Shown: one piece after another, positions 41,548-52,082 of the stretch
Position numbering within the stretch: position 1 is the stretch's first letter
How the letters are laid out: each line of letters opens with the position of its first letter
NCBI GenBank assembly: GCA_041695225.1
Contig: JBGFRI010000032.1
Span: forward strand, 1-52,082
Source of the DNA: Deinococcota bacterium
Lineage (GTDB): Bacteria; Deinococcota; Deinococci; Deinococcales; Thermaceae
Direction of reading: 5' to 3'
Length of the DNA stretch: 52,082 bases
Position numbers and translations under genes: made by a program
The notes under the pieces: model-generated
The model's input: the letters and a program-made list of their open reading frames with translations, nothing else
Database searches by the model: none
What the model was told of the DNA's origin: nothing

Positions 41548-41850
41548 GAGCGTGCGGGGAAAAGTAAGCTATCAGCGTCCAATCAGCGAGCCTGGGAGGG
41601 TGAGAGCCAGGCGGCAACCTGATGGCCGAAGATCACCCCGGCAGACTTTGGGAAGAACCGGGCCCGGCTCCAAGTAGACCCCAACGGGTGCGCCCGAGAT
41701 AGCGTGTATGAGCGCCCGAATGAGCGCAGAGTAAGTAGCTATCAGCTATTCGCCTCTTCGGGAAGTGCGGTGGTAACGCGGGAAAAACTCCCTAAGAGTC
41801 TCTCGTCCGCACCTGAGGAACCAACTGGTCACAGGTCGGATGTTTTTGTT
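41548..41850 (+). ncRNA. T-box riboswitch leader (Ile) with terminator
   Basis: Stem I AGCGA and GGTGAGA motifs; specifier GAAG-ATC (41632-41634); T-box GCGG-TGGTAAC-GCG (41767-41780) pairing with CGTCCGC; terminator TCCGCACCTG...CAGGTCGGA plus T tract; upstream of ileS. Confidence 0.92.
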
Positions 41851-41900
41851 CACTGCTAGGCGCACGACCCCAGATGGCCCTCCTCAGAAAGGAACCAGCC

Positions 41901-44900
41901 ATGGTAGAGGAGAAGAAGTTGTTCAACCAGGTAACCGAAGCCAGCTTTCCTAAGTTGGAAGAAGCCGTGCTAGCTTTCTGGCGACAGAACGGCATTTTTG
42001 CCAAATCTGAACAAAAGCCCGCGCCCAGCGGGGAGTTTGTTTTTTATGAAGGCCCCCCTACCGCCAATGGCAAGCCTGCCATGCATCACGTGCTGGCCCG
42101 TAGCTTCAAGGATATTTTTCCACGCTACAAGACCATGCGGGGCTACCATGTCACCCGCAAAGGGGGCTGGGATACCCACGGGCTGCCAGTCGAGATCGCG
42201 GTAGAAAAGAGGCTGGGCGTGCTGGGCCGCAAGACCCTGAACCGCGAAGAAATCGCAGAGTTCACCCGCCAGTGCCGGGAGTGGGTTTTTGCCAACATCG
42301 AGGACTGGAACTACTTTACCGAGCGTATGGGCATGTGGGTCGATCTGGAAAACGCCTACGTGACCTACCACAACAGCTATATCGAGTCGGTGTGGAACCT
42401 GCTCAAGCGCATGTGGGATAGGGGCATGGTGGTGCAGGACTACAAGGTGGTGCCGCTGTCGCCGCGCATCTCCTCTACCCTTTCGCATAACGAAATTGCC
42501 GATGGCTACCGCGAGGTAGACGACCCCAGCGTGTATGTGCGCTTTCCCCTAAAGCTGGAAACTGCACCCAAGGCCGTGAGGGAAAAGCTGAAAACCCAGG
42601 GCATAGATTTAGACTTGCTTAGCGATCTGGCCATCCTGGTCTGGACAACCACCCCCTGGACGCTGCCCTCCAACACCATGGCGGCGGTGAACCCCCAGAT
42701 GGACTACGCTTTGGTCAGGTCACCCTCGGCAGGACACCTGATTTTCGCCGCCGAGGCAGTAGACCGGCTTAAGCAGCTGCACAAAGAGGAGCTCGAGGTC
42801 ATCGCCCAGCTCAAAGGCAGAGACATGGAGTGGTGGGAGTATCTGCCGCCTTTTCCCGAAGTGTGCGTAGAGCTTGGAGTCGTTCCCTATCAAGGAGCGC
42901 GAAAGTCAGAAGTAACCGGGATGGCCACGCGGTATCAAGAAAGACTCAAAGAAGCCACAAAAGAGGAAGCCCTTGAATCGTTGCGGCTAGCGCCCTCAGC
43001 TCTACCCGCGATGCATTTTATTGCCCTGGCCGAGTTTGTTAGCGCCCAGGATGGCTCAGGTGTGGCCCACCAGGCGCCCGTCTATGGCGCCGAAGACCTG
43101 GAGATTGCGCGCAGATACGGCACCCCACTATTGTTTGGCACCAATGAGTATGGCCTGATGCAGGCTACCGCGGAGCGCGGAAAGTTTTTCAAAGATGCAG
43201 ATAAAGGCCTGATCCGCACCATGAAAGAGCGCGGCGTGCTCTATCATGCCGGGCAGATCCGCCACCGCTACCCCTTCCACGACCGCACCGGCGACCCAAT
43301 CCTCTACTTTGCCAAGCCAAGCTGGTATATCAAGACCTCCGACTTCCGTCAGGCTTTGTGGGACAACAACGAGAAAATCAACTGGATTCCCGAGCACATC
43401 AAGCATGGGCGGTTTGGCAACTGGCTCAAAGACAATGTGGACTGGGCCATTAGCCGCGAGCGCTACTGGGGTACCCCGCTGCCCTTCTGGGTTTCGGAAG
43501 ACGGGTCGGAAAAATTGTGCGTGGGTAGTGTGCGGGAGTTGTCTGATCTGGCGGGGCGCGATCTGTCCGATCTGGATCTGCACCGGCCCTGGGTGGACGA
43601 GATCACTTTTGTCAGGAACGGCAAAACTTTCCGGCGGGTTCCCGAGGTGCTGGATGTATGGTTCGACTCAGGGGCCATGCCCTATGCCCAGTGGCATCTG
43701 ATGCTAAAGACGAACCCGAGTGTCGAAGGTCAGATCTCCGGGGTTGAAGGCCAAGAAGGCCTTAGTCCTTCGACCTTCGACCTTCGACCCATGCAAGGCT
43801 ACGAACAGAATTACGAACTATGGAAAAGGCATTTCAATGCCGATTACATCTCGGAGGCCATTGACCAGACCCGCGGCTGGTTTTACTCGCTACACGCAAT
43901 TTCCACCCTGCTTTACGACCAGCCCGCCTTCAAAAACGTGATCTGCCTGGGCCACCTGGTTGATGAAAAAGGCCACAAAATGTCCAAGAGCAAGGGCAAT
44001 ATTGTCGAGCCGCTGCCCATGTTTGACCAGTATGGAGCCGATGCAGTCCGCTGGTATCTGTTCACCGGCTCGGAGCCAGGCGACCAGAAGCGCTTTTCCG
44101 AGCGCCTGGTGCAGGAGGCTCAGCGGGGGTTCCTGGGCACCTGGTGGAACGTGTATAGCTTTTTTGTGCTGTATGCCAACCTGGACCGGCCCAACCTGCA
44201 AAACCGCCCCCAGGTGGCCCTGCGACCAGAGTTTGACCGCTGGCTGGTGGCCCGCAAGCAGCAGCTTATCAAGCGGGTAACCGCAGCCATGGACCGGTAT
44301 GATGCCAGAGGGGCGGGCAAGGAGCTCGAGCAGTTTGTCGAGGAGCTCTCCAACTGGTACGTGCGGCGCAACCGCCGACGCTTCTGGAAAAATGATGACC
44401 CCAGTGACCGCGAATCGGCCTATGCCACCTTGTGGGAAGCCCTGGTGGTGTTAGCCCAGCTCGCAGCCCCCTTCACCCCATTTGTGGCCGAAGCTATGTG
44501 GCAAAACCTGATGCTCTCGGTTAAGCCAGGCGCGCCGGAGTCGGTTCACCTGTCGGACTGGCCCACGCCAGACCCCGCCCTGGTAGACCAGACCTTACTA
44601 ACGCAGATGGGTGCGGTGGTTAAGGTGGTGGGGCTGGCCAGGAGCGCTAGGGCTACCAGCGGTGTCAAAACCAGGATGCCCCTGCCCAGGCTGCTGGTTA
44701 CCGCGCCGACAGAGGCCGAGCTAGCGGGGTTGCACCACTTCGCCCAGGAGATTGCCGAGGAGCTTAACGTCAAACAGGTCGACGTTCTGGCCCTGGGCGA
44801 AGAGCTGCTTACCTACCGGGTTCTGCCCAACCTGCCGGTAATGGGCAAAAAGTATGGCAAGCAGGTTCCGGCCATTCGCGCCGCCCTGGCCGAACTGGAT

Positions 44901-45344
44901 AGCAGGATGGTAGCCAGAACCATCAAAGCCGGGCGCAACCTGAGCCTGGATCTGGGCAGTCTGGACGGCTCCAGTGTGAGCCTGACGCCCGAGGAATTGC
45001 TGCTCGAGGCCCTTTCACCCGAGGGTTACTCGGCCCAGGAAGAAGGTGGTTACCTGGCTGCCCTCGAAGTCAGGCTTGATGACCAACTGCTGCTCGAAGG
45101 CCTTAGCCGCGACCTGATCCGGCTGGTGCAGCAAGCCCGCAAAGAGCTGGGTCTTGAGGTCTCGGATCGACTTCACCTGACTTATCGGGCCAGTGGCAGG
45201 TACGCCGAATCGCTGTCGCAGTTTGGCGTAAAACTTCAGGAGGAAACCCTGGCCCTCTCGCTAAAGCAGGCCGAGCCAGACGGCTTTATTGCCGAGCTGT
45301 CCGACGAAGAAGGTACGGTCAGGTTTGGCCTTACTAAAGCCTGA
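41901..45344 (+). CDS. ileS: Isoleucine--tRNA ligase (IleRS2 type)
   Basis: EGPPTANG, GWDTHGLP, WTTTPWT, DWAISR, DQTRGWFY and KMSKS motifs; AAGGA RBS before ATG 41901. Confidence 0.97.
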   Translation: MVEEKKLFNQVTEASFPKLEEAVLAFWRQNGIFAKSEQKPAPSGEFVFYEGPPTANGKPAMHHVLARSFKDIFPRYKTMRGYHVTRKGGWDTHGLPVEIAVEKRLGVLGRKTLNREEIAEFTRQCREWVFANIEDWNYFTERMGMWVDLENAYVTYHNSYIESVWNLLKRMWDRGMVVQDYKVVPLSPRISSTLSHNEIADGYREVDDPSVYVRFPLKLETAPKAVREKLKTQGIDLDLLSDLAILVWTTTPWTLPSNTMAAVNPQMDYALVRSPSAGHLIFAAEAVDRLKQLHKEELEVIAQLKGRDMEWWEYLPPFPEVCVELGVVPYQGARKSEVTGMATRYQERLKEATKEEALESLRLAPSALPAMHFIALAEFVSAQDGSGVAHQAPVYGAEDLEIARRYGTPLLFGTNEYGLMQATAERGKFFKDADKGLIRTMKERGVLYHAGQIRHRYPFHDRTGDPILYFAKPSWYIKTSDFRQALWDNNEKINWIPEHIKHGRFGNWLKDNVDWAISRERYWGTPLPFWVSEDGSEKLCVGSVRELSDLAGRDLSDLDLHRPWVDEITFVRNGKTFRRVPEVLDVWFDSGAMPYAQWHLMLKTNPSVEGQISGVEGQEGLSPSTFDLRPMQGYEQNYELWKRHFNADYISEAIDQTRGWFYSLHAISTLLYDQPAFKNVICLGHLVDEKGHKMSKSKGNIVEPLPMFDQYGADAVRWYLFTGSEPGDQKRFSERLVQEAQRGFLGTWWNVYSFFVLYANLDRPNLQNRPQVALRPEFDRWLVARKQQLIKRVTAAMDRYDARGAGKELEQFVEELSNWYVRRNRRRFWKNDDPSDRESAYATLWEALVVLAQLAAPFTPFVAEAMWQNLMLSVKPGAPESVHLSDWPTPDPALVDQTLLTQMGAVVKVVGLARSARATSGVKTRMPLPRLLVTAPTEAELAGLHHFAQEIAEELNVKQVDVLALGEELLTYRVLPNLPVMGKKYGKQVPAIRAALAELDSRMVARTIKAGRNLSLDLGSLDGSSVSLTPEELLLEALSPEGYSAQEEGGYLAALEVRLDDQLLLEGLSRDLIRLVQQARKELGLEVSDRLHLTYRASGRYAESLSQFGVKLQEETLALSLKQAEPDGFIAELSDEEGTVRFGLTKA
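43722..43788. repeat. Palindromic heptamer array in-frame within ileS
   Basis: GTCGAAG GTCAGAT CTCCGGG GTTGAAG GCCAAGA, then (CTTCGAC)x3. Confidence 0.85.
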
Positions 45345-45398
45345 GGCTTCTGCCGCAAGGCCTCTGGCCCCTGGCCATAACGCAGCCAGGCACAGATA

Positions 45399-46142
45399 TT
45401 ATTGAGTTGGCCGAAAGAAGTCCGCGTCGGTGAAAAGAGGGTTGATATCTACCTCCATCACCTCGCCCCGCGCGGCCAGAACACCATCCACAAAGTTTTC
45501 CCAGTTGTGGGGAAGGCGTATGCCCCCCACGGTCCGAAAGTTGGAGAAAAAGGTGATACTCTCCCCTACCTGTGGAATTATGAGCCGTTCACCCAGCAGC
45601 AGGCCATCGGGGCCAAAGAGGTAGGTGGCGGCCCAGCCATGTGTACTGACGTTGAGCAGGCGGCCGGCCCGGTTAAGCAGGCTGCCCTGGGTAACGCTGG
45701 CCCGCTCGCGGTTGCTGCTGCCGTATTTCAGGCCCAGCCAGCCGGTAAAAAGGCTCGAGCGCAGCAACTCCCGCAGATAAGCCGGTAAGGGACGCACCGA
45801 GGTCTCGCGGCTCCAAAAGAAACTCTCGGTTGGGGTGAATTGTTGTAAAGCCAGCGGTATGGGGTTGGGGTTGTTAAGGCTCTGGGGGTCGTAAATCTCT
45901 AGCCGCACCCGGCTGTTGACGAAATCTACCAGCAGCAAGGTCACGATGCGGCTCTCTTCCCTGCCATCGGCTGCGAAGTAGATGTTGGTGGTGAGTTCGC
46001 GGTAGGTTTTGAGGTTGGTCAGGGCCGCACCACCCAGCGCGTTGCGGCCTCGCTCGAGTAGCTGCGCAGCCTCCGGCGAGACCTGGGCCACTGCCAGTGG
46101 GCTGTAAAAAACCATGAGCCAGAGAAAAACCATATAGCGCAT
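45399..46142 (-). CDS. Hypothetical exported protein
   Basis: Signal peptide ending AVA-Q; ALGG motif; beta-rich C-terminus; GGAGG RBS. Confidence 0.8.
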   Translation of the reverse strand: MRYMVFLWLMVFYSPLAVAQVSPEAAQLLERGRNALGGAALTNLKTYRELTTNIYFAADGREESRIVTLLLVDFVNSRVRLEIYDPQSLNNPNPIPLALQQFTPTESFFWSRETSVRPLPAYLRELLRSSLFTGWLGLKYGSSNRERASVTQGSLLNRAGRLLNVSTHGWAATYLFGPDGLLLGERLIIPQVGESITFFSNFRTVGGIRLPHNWENFVDGVLAARGEVMEVDINPLFTDADFFRPTQ

Positions 46143-46271
46143 AAGCACCCTCCACAAGAACTTAACACGAGAACACTCTACAACCACGAGTTTCTGGTGC
46201 TTGTTCTCGCAATAACCAGTTGGTGAAGTAGATTCTGGCTCTAACTGGGCTGGTAAGGTAGAGTCGAAGCT

Positions 46272-47315
46272 GTGGACTTCAACCTGCTGCTAAGTGAGTT
46301 ACAGCTCGAGGTGCTTTTCGTCTCCAATCCCCATAATGTTCGCTACCTTTCGGGGTTTGTCGAGGGAAAAGACGCCAAGATAGTAATAACACGCGCTGGA
46401 GCAACCCTCATAACCGACGGGCGCTATTTGGTGGAGGCCGGTCAGCAGCCCTTTCCCCATCGCATCTTGCTCAAGCGCTCCGAGCTAAACCAGCTGCTCG
46501 GCGAGTTTTTCCAGGGTCGGGTGGGCATCGAGGCCGAACACCTTAGCGTGGCAACGCTAGAAAGCTTCAAAAGAGATTTTCCGACCCTGGAGTTTGTCTC
46601 TACCACCGGGGTTTTTGAAAGTCTGCGCCGACGCAAAACTCCCGAAGAAGTCGGTTTCATCCGCCAGGCTGCCGAACTTGCCGACCAGGGCTTTGCGCAC
46701 ATCCTGCCGTTTTTGAAGCCGGGCATACGGGAGATTGACGTAGCGCTGGAGTTGGAGTATTTCCTTCGCAAGAATGGTTCGGAAGGGCTGGCCTTTGCTA
46801 CCACCGTGGCCTCGGGGGAGCGTAGCGCTATGCCGCATGGAGGGGCAAGTGAGCGCGCAATCCAGCAGGGCGAGCTGGTCACGCTAGACTTTGGCTGTGT
46901 GGTTGGGGGGTATTGCTCCGACATGACCCGCACGGTGGCAGTGGGAAAACTTTCCGACCAGCTCCGTTCGATCTATCAGGCGGTGCTGGAGGCCCAAACC
47001 CTGGCCTTAGCGGCAGTTGGCCCCGGTTCAAGGGGCCAGGATCTGGACGTCCTGGCCCGCAATCATCTGGCCAGCCGGGGCTATGGGGAGCACTTTACGC
47101 ACGGGCTGGGCCATGGGGTGGGTCTGTTTGTGCACGAAGGCCCTAGTCTGAACCAGACCTCGCAGGATACCCTCGAGGCCAGCAACGTTGTGACCATCGA
47201 GCCTGGTGTCTACATCCCCCATCTGGCCGGCTGTCGTATCGAGGACCTGGTACTGGTAACCCCAACTGGGCACGAGGTCTTGTCCAAAAGCCCCAAGCAC
47301 CTGCTGGAGTTATGA
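46272..47315 (+). CDS. M24 Xaa-Pro aminopeptidase
   Basis: TDGRY, DFG....[27 protein letters not shown] and RIED motifs. Confidence 0.94.
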   Translation: MDFNLLLSELQLEVLFVSNPHNVRYLSGFVEGKDAKIVITRAGATLITDGRYLVEAGQQPFPHRILLKRSELNQLLGEFFQGRVGIEAEHLSVATLESFKRDFPTLEFVSTTGVFESLRRRKTPEEVGFIRQAAELADQGFAHILPFLKPGIREIDVALELEYFLRKNGSEGLAFATTVASGERSAMPHGGASERAIQQGELVTLDFGCVVGGYCSDMTRTVAVGKLSDQLRSIYQAVLEAQTLALAAVGPGSRGQDLDVLARNHLASRGYGEHFTHGLGHGVGLFVHEGPSLNQTSQDTLEASNVVTIEPGVYIPHLAGCRIEDLVLVTPTGHEVLSKSPKHLLEL

Positions 47316-47920
47316 AACGCTGGATAGCACTGCTTCTGCTGCTGGGTGGACTGGCCTGGGGCCAGGGCTATGTTATTCAGCCCGGCGATACCCTGGAGCG
47401 CATTGCCCGGCTATTTCAGGTTAGCGTAGCCGACCTGAAGCTGGCCAATGGTTTTGTCGAAGACCCGTTGGTTCCAGGGCAACAGCTAGTCATCCCTGGT
47501 TCGGGCTGGGATCCCATGAACCTCGAGGTGCTGCCCCTATCCGATCCGGTCGAAGAGGCACCCCAGTGGGTTTTTATCAGTCCACCTGCGGCACCCGCAG
47601 AGCCCAGACCCCCCGAGCCCTCGGTCGTTTCTACCCAGCAGGGGCTGGCCTCCTGGTATGGGCCAGGGTTCCATGGTCGTCGCACCGCAAATGGAGAGCG
47701 TTTCAACCAGTATGACCTTACCGCAGCCCACCGCACCCTGCCCTTCAACACCCGGGTTCGGGTGACCAACCTGCAGAATGGCCAGAGCATTGTGGTGCGC
47801 ATCAACGACCGTGGCCCCTTCATCCGAGGCCGCATAATAGACCTGTCCAGAGCAGCAGCGCGCCTGCTTGGAATGTATCGGCAAGGGGTGGTTCAGGTAA
47901 AGGTGGAGATACTGCGTTGA
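47312..47920 (+). CDS. rlpA: LysM plus RlpA lytic transglycosylase
   Basis: [27 protein letters not shown] and IIDLS motifs. Confidence 0.9.
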   Translation: MKRWIALLLLLGGLAWGQGYVIQPGDTLERIARLFQVSVADLKLANGFVEDPLVPGQQLVIPGSGWDPMNLEVLPLSDPVEEAPQWVFISPPAAPAEPRPPEPSVVSTQQGLASWYGPGFHGRRTANGERFNQYDLTAAHRTLPFNTRVRVTNLQNGQSIVVRINDRGPFIRGRIIDLSRAAARLLGMYRQGVVQVKVEILR

Positions 47921-48717
47921 AGTACGGTTTTCATATGTCTATTGCCGGCAAGCTGGGCGTTGCCGGGGCTCTGGAGGAAGCATCTGCGCTTGGCCTGAGC
48001 GCTATCCAGATCTTTGCCAAGAGCCCGCGCAGCTGGAAGACCCGCAGCCTGCGGGCCGGCGAGGTAGAGGGTTTCAGAAGCCGCAAAGAGAACCTGGGGG
48101 GCCTGCCTGGGGCTATTCATGCCTCGTATCTGGTGAATCTGGCCGCCGAAGGCGATCTCTGGCACAAGAGCGTCTTCAGTCTGGCCGATGATCTGGCCAA
48201 AGCCCGCATGCTGGGCATCGAATACGTGGTGGTGCATCCCGGTTCAGGACCAGCCGAAAAAGCCAGGGCGGCCGCCCGCCAAGCCCGCGACCTGGCCGGA
48301 CTGGGTCCGAATGGTCCCAGACTGCTACTGGAAAATACAGCAGGGGGCGGGGAAAAGCTGGGCGCCAGCCTGCACACCCTGGCCGAGCTGATTGAGGGCT
48401 CCCCCTTAGAGATCTGCTTCGATACCTGCCATGCTTTTGCCGCCGGCTACTCCCTCCCGGAAGCTCTGGACGATCTGGAGCAGTTCATTGGCCTGGACAG
48501 GGTTCCCCTCATTCACCTCAACGACTCGGTGGGCAAGCGAGGTTCGCAAATTGATCACCATGCCAACCTGCTGGAAGGTTATCTTGGCGAGGAGCTGAAG
48601 GACTTTGTGCTTGATGAAAGGCTGCAAGATAAGGTTTTTATCATGGAGACCCCGCGTGGCGCCCGCGAGGATGTCCACAACCTGCGGGTTTTGCGAGAGT
48701 GGCTGGGACTGGCTTAG
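47917..48717 (+). CDS. nfo: Endonuclease IV
   Basis: [26 protein letters not shown] and ETP motifs. Confidence 0.95.
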   Translation: MKYGFHMSIAGKLGVAGALEEASALGLSAIQIFAKSPRSWKTRSLRAGEVEGFRSRKENLGGLPGAIHASYLVNLAAEGDLWHKSVFSLADDLAKARMLGIEYVVVHPGSGPAEKARAAARQARDLAGLGPNGPRLLLENTAGGGEKLGASLHTLAELIEGSPLEICFDTCHAFAAGYSLPEALDDLEQFIGLDRVPLIHLNDSVGKRGSQIDHHANLLEGYLGEELKDFVLDERLQDKVFIMETPRGAREDVHNLRVLREWLGLA

Positions 48718-48952
48718 AAGTCGTAACTGCATATCAGCTGGGGCCAACATACTTGGGGCAGATGGCTGCATCTGTTCTTCGGATACCTGGGGAAAGCTGG
48801 CTTAACTTCCGTTTAGATTCCGTCTAAATGAGCCGCCTAACGCTTAGTAACATGCGGCTCAAACACCTGGAATTAGCGGGAGATACTGTAATATTGAGAT
48901 GGGATAAAAGTGGCGCCATGAATACTTGTACTTCATACCAGGAGGTTCGCAC

Positions 48953-51163
48953 TTGAACAGGTACGACGACCGCGCCAGGCTGGTGTTTCACTATGCCAGA
49001 GAGGAAGGGAGCCGGCTGGGTCATAGCATGATCGGGCCCGAACACCTGCTTCTGGGCCTGATGCGCGAGGGTGGTACAGCAGCGCGCATTCTGATGGAGT
49101 ACGGTGCAAGCCTCGAGGCTATGCGCCGCATGGTTGAGGAGCTGGTCGGACGTGGCGAGGGTAGCCGCACCGGCGAGCCGCCCGCCATCACACCCCGGGC
49201 CCGCCGGGTCATGGAGCTGGCAGGCGCCGAGGCCCGCAACATGTCCAGTCAGGTGATTGGAACCGAACATATTCTGCTGGGAATTATCCGCGAGGGCGAT
49301 GGCATCGCCTATCGCATCATGACCCATTACGCCAAAGACGTAGACACCATTCGCTGGCGGATACTCTCGCAAGTAGGCGAACAGACCAAAGAAAAAGCGG
49401 TGGCCACGCCTTTTTTGGACGAGTACGGGCGCGACCTGACCCGCGAAGCCCGCGAGAGCAAGCTTGATCCGGTAATCGGCCGGGCCGAGGAGATCAACCG
49501 GGTGATTCAGATCCTGGCCCGCCGCACCAAGAACAACCCGGTACTGGTAGGCGACCCCGGAGTAGGCAAGACTGCCATCGTGGAGGGCCTGGCCCAGGCC
49601 ATTACCGAAGGCCGGATACCTCCGGTATTACGCGGGGCCCGCATTGTCTCGGTGGACCTGGCTGGCGTGGTGGCCGGAACCAAGTACCGGGGCGAGTTTG
49701 AAGAGCGCCTGCGCCAGATTATTGAAGAGCTGAAAAACGCTAAGGTAGTGGCCTTTATTGACGAGCTACACACCCTGATCGGAGCTGGAGGCGCCGAGGG
49801 CACCCTGGACGCCGCCAACATTCTCAAGCCGCCCTTAAGCCGGGGCGAGGTGCAGGTGATCGGGGCCACCACTACCGGCGAGTACCACCGCTATATCGAA
49901 AAAGATGCCGCCTTAGAACGCCGTTTCCAGCCGGTAATTGTACTCGAGCCCAGCCCCGAAGAAACCCTGGAAATCCTCAAGGGTCTGCGGCCCCGCTACG
50001 AAGCCCATCACGGGGTAGTGATACCTGACGACATTCTGGGCCTCTCAGTCAAGATTGGAATCCGCAGCCTGCCAGGGCGCAACTTCCCCGACAAGGCCAT
50101 TGACCTGATTGACGAGGCCGCCAGCCGGGTGCGCCTCAACGACTCGCTTGGCCTACCAGTAGCCATGGACGAGGATGGCACCCCCCTGGTGGCCCGCGAA
50201 GACATCGAGAGTGTGGTGGATAGCTGGGGTGGCGTCTATGTAGACGACAAGGACGACAGCAAGCTGTTTGGCCTGGAAGACGAGCTCAACAAGCGGGTGA
50301 TTGGGCAGCCCGAGGCAGTAGAGGCCCTGGCCGCCGCCCTGCGCCGCAGCCGGGTAGGACTGGGCGGACGTACGCGGGTCTCGGCCAGCTTCCTGTTCGC
50401 CGGGTCTTCGGGGGTGGGCAAGACCCACCTGGCCAAGGCCCTGGCCGAGGTGCTGTTCGGCTCCGAACGCGCCCTGATCCGCTTCGACATGAGCGAGTTT
50501 CAAGAGCCCCACTCGATTTCTAAGTTGATCGGCGCCCCTCCGGGTTATGTGGGCTACGAGCAAGGGGGCCGCCTGACCGAGGCAGTGCGTCGCCAGCCCT
50601 TTAGCGTGGTGCTGCTTGACGAGATTGAAAAGGCCCACCCAGACATTTACAACACCTTCCTGCAGGTGCTGGACGAAGGCCGCCTTACCGATGGCCTGGG
50701 ACGCACGGTAGACTTCCGCCGGGTAATTCTGATCATGACCTCCAACACCGGCTTTAACGCCGGGCCATCTATCGGCTTTACTGGTCGCGAGGTGGATACC
50801 GAAAGCCCCCTCAAGGCCATCTTCACTCCCGAGTTTCTGGACCGGCTGGACGAGGTGATCCGCTTCCGTAACCTTAGCGAGCCCGAACTGGTACAGGTCA
50901 CGCAGATCATGCTGGAAGACATCGCCGCCGAGCTCGAGTCCCGCGAGAAAACCGTGCGCTTTGACCCGGCTGTGGCCGCCTGGCTGGTTGACCAGGCCCC
51001 AAAACAGGGTAGTACCCGTATTCTGCGCAACCTGATCCGGGAAAAAATTGAAGACCCGCTCTCTATAGAGCTCCTTTCCCGCCCCGGTCGCACCCTGTTT
51101 ATTACCCTTAAAGGCGGCGGGATTGCCTTTGAGGAAGAAGAGCTTAGCCTGGGTTTGGTCTAA
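48953..51163 (+). CDS. ClpA/ClpC-type AAA+ ATPase (no obvious M/UVR domain)
   Basis: Clp N repeats and two NBDs ([16 protein letters not shown]); [12 protein letters not shown] start after AGGAGG. Confidence 0.93.
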   Translation: MNRYDDRARLVFHYAREEGSRLGHSMIGPEHLLLGLMREGGTAARILMEYGASLEAMRRMVEELVGRGEGSRTGEPPAITPRARRVMELAGAEARNMSSQVIGTEHILLGIIREGDGIAYRIMTHYAKDVDTIRWRILSQVGEQTKEKAVATPFLDEYGRDLTREARESKLDPVIGRAEEINRVIQILARRTKNNPVLVGDPGVGKTAIVEGLAQAITEGRIPPVLRGARIVSVDLAGVVAGTKYRGEFEERLRQIIEELKNAKVVAFIDELHTLIGAGGAEGTLDAANILKPPLSRGEVQVIGATTTGEYHRYIEKDAALERRFQPVIVLEPSPEETLEILKGLRPRYEAHHGVVIPDDILGLSVKIGIRSLPGRNFPDKAIDLIDEAASRVRLNDSLGLPVAMDEDGTPLVAREDIESVVDSWGGVYVDDKDDSKLFGLEDELNKRVIGQPEAVEALAAALRRSRVGLGGRTRVSASFLFAGSSGVGKTHLAKALAEVLFGSERALIRFDMSEFQEPHSISKLIGAPPGYVGYEQGGRLTEAVRRQPFSVVLLDEIEKAHPDIYNTFLQVLDEGRLTDGLGRTVDFRRVILIMTSNTGFNAGPSIGFTGREVDTESPLKAIFTPEFLDRLDEVIRFRNLSEPELVQVTQIMLEDIAAELESREKTVRFDPAVAAWLVDQAPKQGSTRILRNLIREKIEDPLSIELLSRPGRTLFITLKGGGIAFEEEELSLGLV

Positions 51164-51245
51164 GTTACCGTTTGGTTCCTGGCCGCGCCACAAAACTAAG
51201 CCACTCACCCCCTCCCCGACTGCCCTGTAGAGGTATAATTCAGTA

Positions 51246-51776
51246 GTGCGCTGGTGGTTTGCTGCGGTCGTTTTTGTTCTGGGGATGCTCGTTTTCAGCC
51301 CCAGAGCAGCCTCCAGTTCATTGCAAAGGGCCGACTGGATTGTGGTTCTGGGGGCCGCCCAGCTCAACGGCGCACCCTCTGCCATTCTGCGTAACCGCCT
51401 CGAGGCTGCCCTTCGCCTGTACCGGCTGGGCTATGCCCCCCGCATCGCGGTTACCGGAGGCCGTCGCCCTGGTGACCGCTTTAGCGAGGGCGAGGTCGGT
51501 TGCCGCTACTTGCAGGCCGGTGGTGTTCCACGTTCAGCCCTCTACTGCGAGCAGAAAAGCCGTCGCACCTGGGAAAATCTTGTCAACATCGCGCCCATCG
51601 TCGGCAGTTCCAGAGTTATTATTGTCACCGACGAGCCCCACCTACCCAGGGCGCTGATCCTGGCGGAGCACATAGGCCTCGAGGCTACCGGTTTTGCGGT
51701 ACGAGGGCAGTTCAAAGACTCCTACTGGCAACGCGAGGGCTGGCTGACCCTGCTAGCGCGGCTGGGCGTGCGCTAA
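51246..51776 (+). CDS. YdcF/DUF218 family protein
   Basis: IVVLGAA, TGG, SEG, SRRTWEN and VTDEPHLPRA motifs; TATAAT 6 nt upstream. Confidence 0.9.
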   Translation: MRWWFAAVVFVLGMLVFSPRAASSSLQRADWIVVLGAAQLNGAPSAILRNRLEAALRLYRLGYAPRIAVTGGRRPGDRFSEGEVGCRYLQAGGVPRSALYCEQKSRRTWENLVNIAPIVGSSRVIIVTDEPHLPRALILAEHIGLEATGFAVRGQFKDSYWQREGWLTLLARLGVR

Positions 51777-51966
51777 AAAACCATCTGGTGCTGGGCCAAC
51801 AGCGGTTTTTCGAGTTGTGACCAAGCTAGTATCAACACAAATCGAGTTTGCGAGCCTCCCCCTCGAGTGCCCCTTCCACAGACTCAGGGCACGACTCGGA
51901 GCAGGCTCCAAATTTGAAGCTATCTTAGATTACTCCAACCGCCAATGAGTTCTGCGGCTCTCTCCT

Positions 51967-52002
51967 GGATTGCTTCGTCGGCCGGGAGCCTCCTCGCAAT
52001 GA
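51967..52002. repeat. REP-like palindromic unit
   Basis: GGATTGCTTCGTCGGCCGGGAGCCTCCTCGCAATGA resembles the widespread GATTGCTTCG...CTCGCAATGAC repeat class. Confidence 0.7.
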
Positions 52003-52082
52003 ACCTAGTATGTCAAGTAGGCCCACCAGCCATAGCCTTCAAGACCCGGTAGACCTCCCGAGCCAGATAAGTCTTGAGCAGG
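52003..52082 (-). mobile_element. 3' end of a second IS110-family transposase (cut by window edge)
   Basis: Minus strand reads LLKTYLAREVYRVLKAMAGGPT* (TGA 52015-52013), followed by the IS110-like end TTGACATACTAGG. Confidence 0.8.

Noticed and set aside
50153..51385. 410-aa antisense ORF and similar long shadow ORFs over lon, metH and ispG
   Set aside because: Expected antisense open frames of GC3-rich genes

Overview
GC-rich chromosomal segment from a Deinococcus-Thermus bacterium, most likely Meiothermus or a close Thermaceae relative. It is mostly housekeeping: purH, udg, lspA, rpmB, cysE, yebC, a nadD/glutaminase/nadE operon converging on pncA-pncB, ispG, lon, mscL, bshA, hisCBH, metH, thrB, pdxS, rho, transaldolase, T-box-controlled ileS, nfo and a ClpA/C ATPase. 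Both window ends are 3' ends of two different IS110-family transposases pointing inward, each next to a repeat element. A small accessory islet (IS481-like remnant, MazF-type toxin-antitoxin pair, membrane protein) lies between the NAD operons. The main unexplained signal is a family of degenerate 7-bp tandem arrays (GCYnATA/GTCnATA and GTCGnAG/CTTCGAC types) at about 12 sites. They often occur as inverted arms, and some are bracketed by 11-15 bp direct repeats or share a TTCATA border motif. They occur in-frame inside MetH and IleS (both giving the peptide FDLRP), inside a T-box leader, at a gene-truncation breakpoint, and as the apparent hisC promoter. No enzyme that would explain them is encoded in the window. 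All calls come from reading the sequence by eye; no database searches were run.
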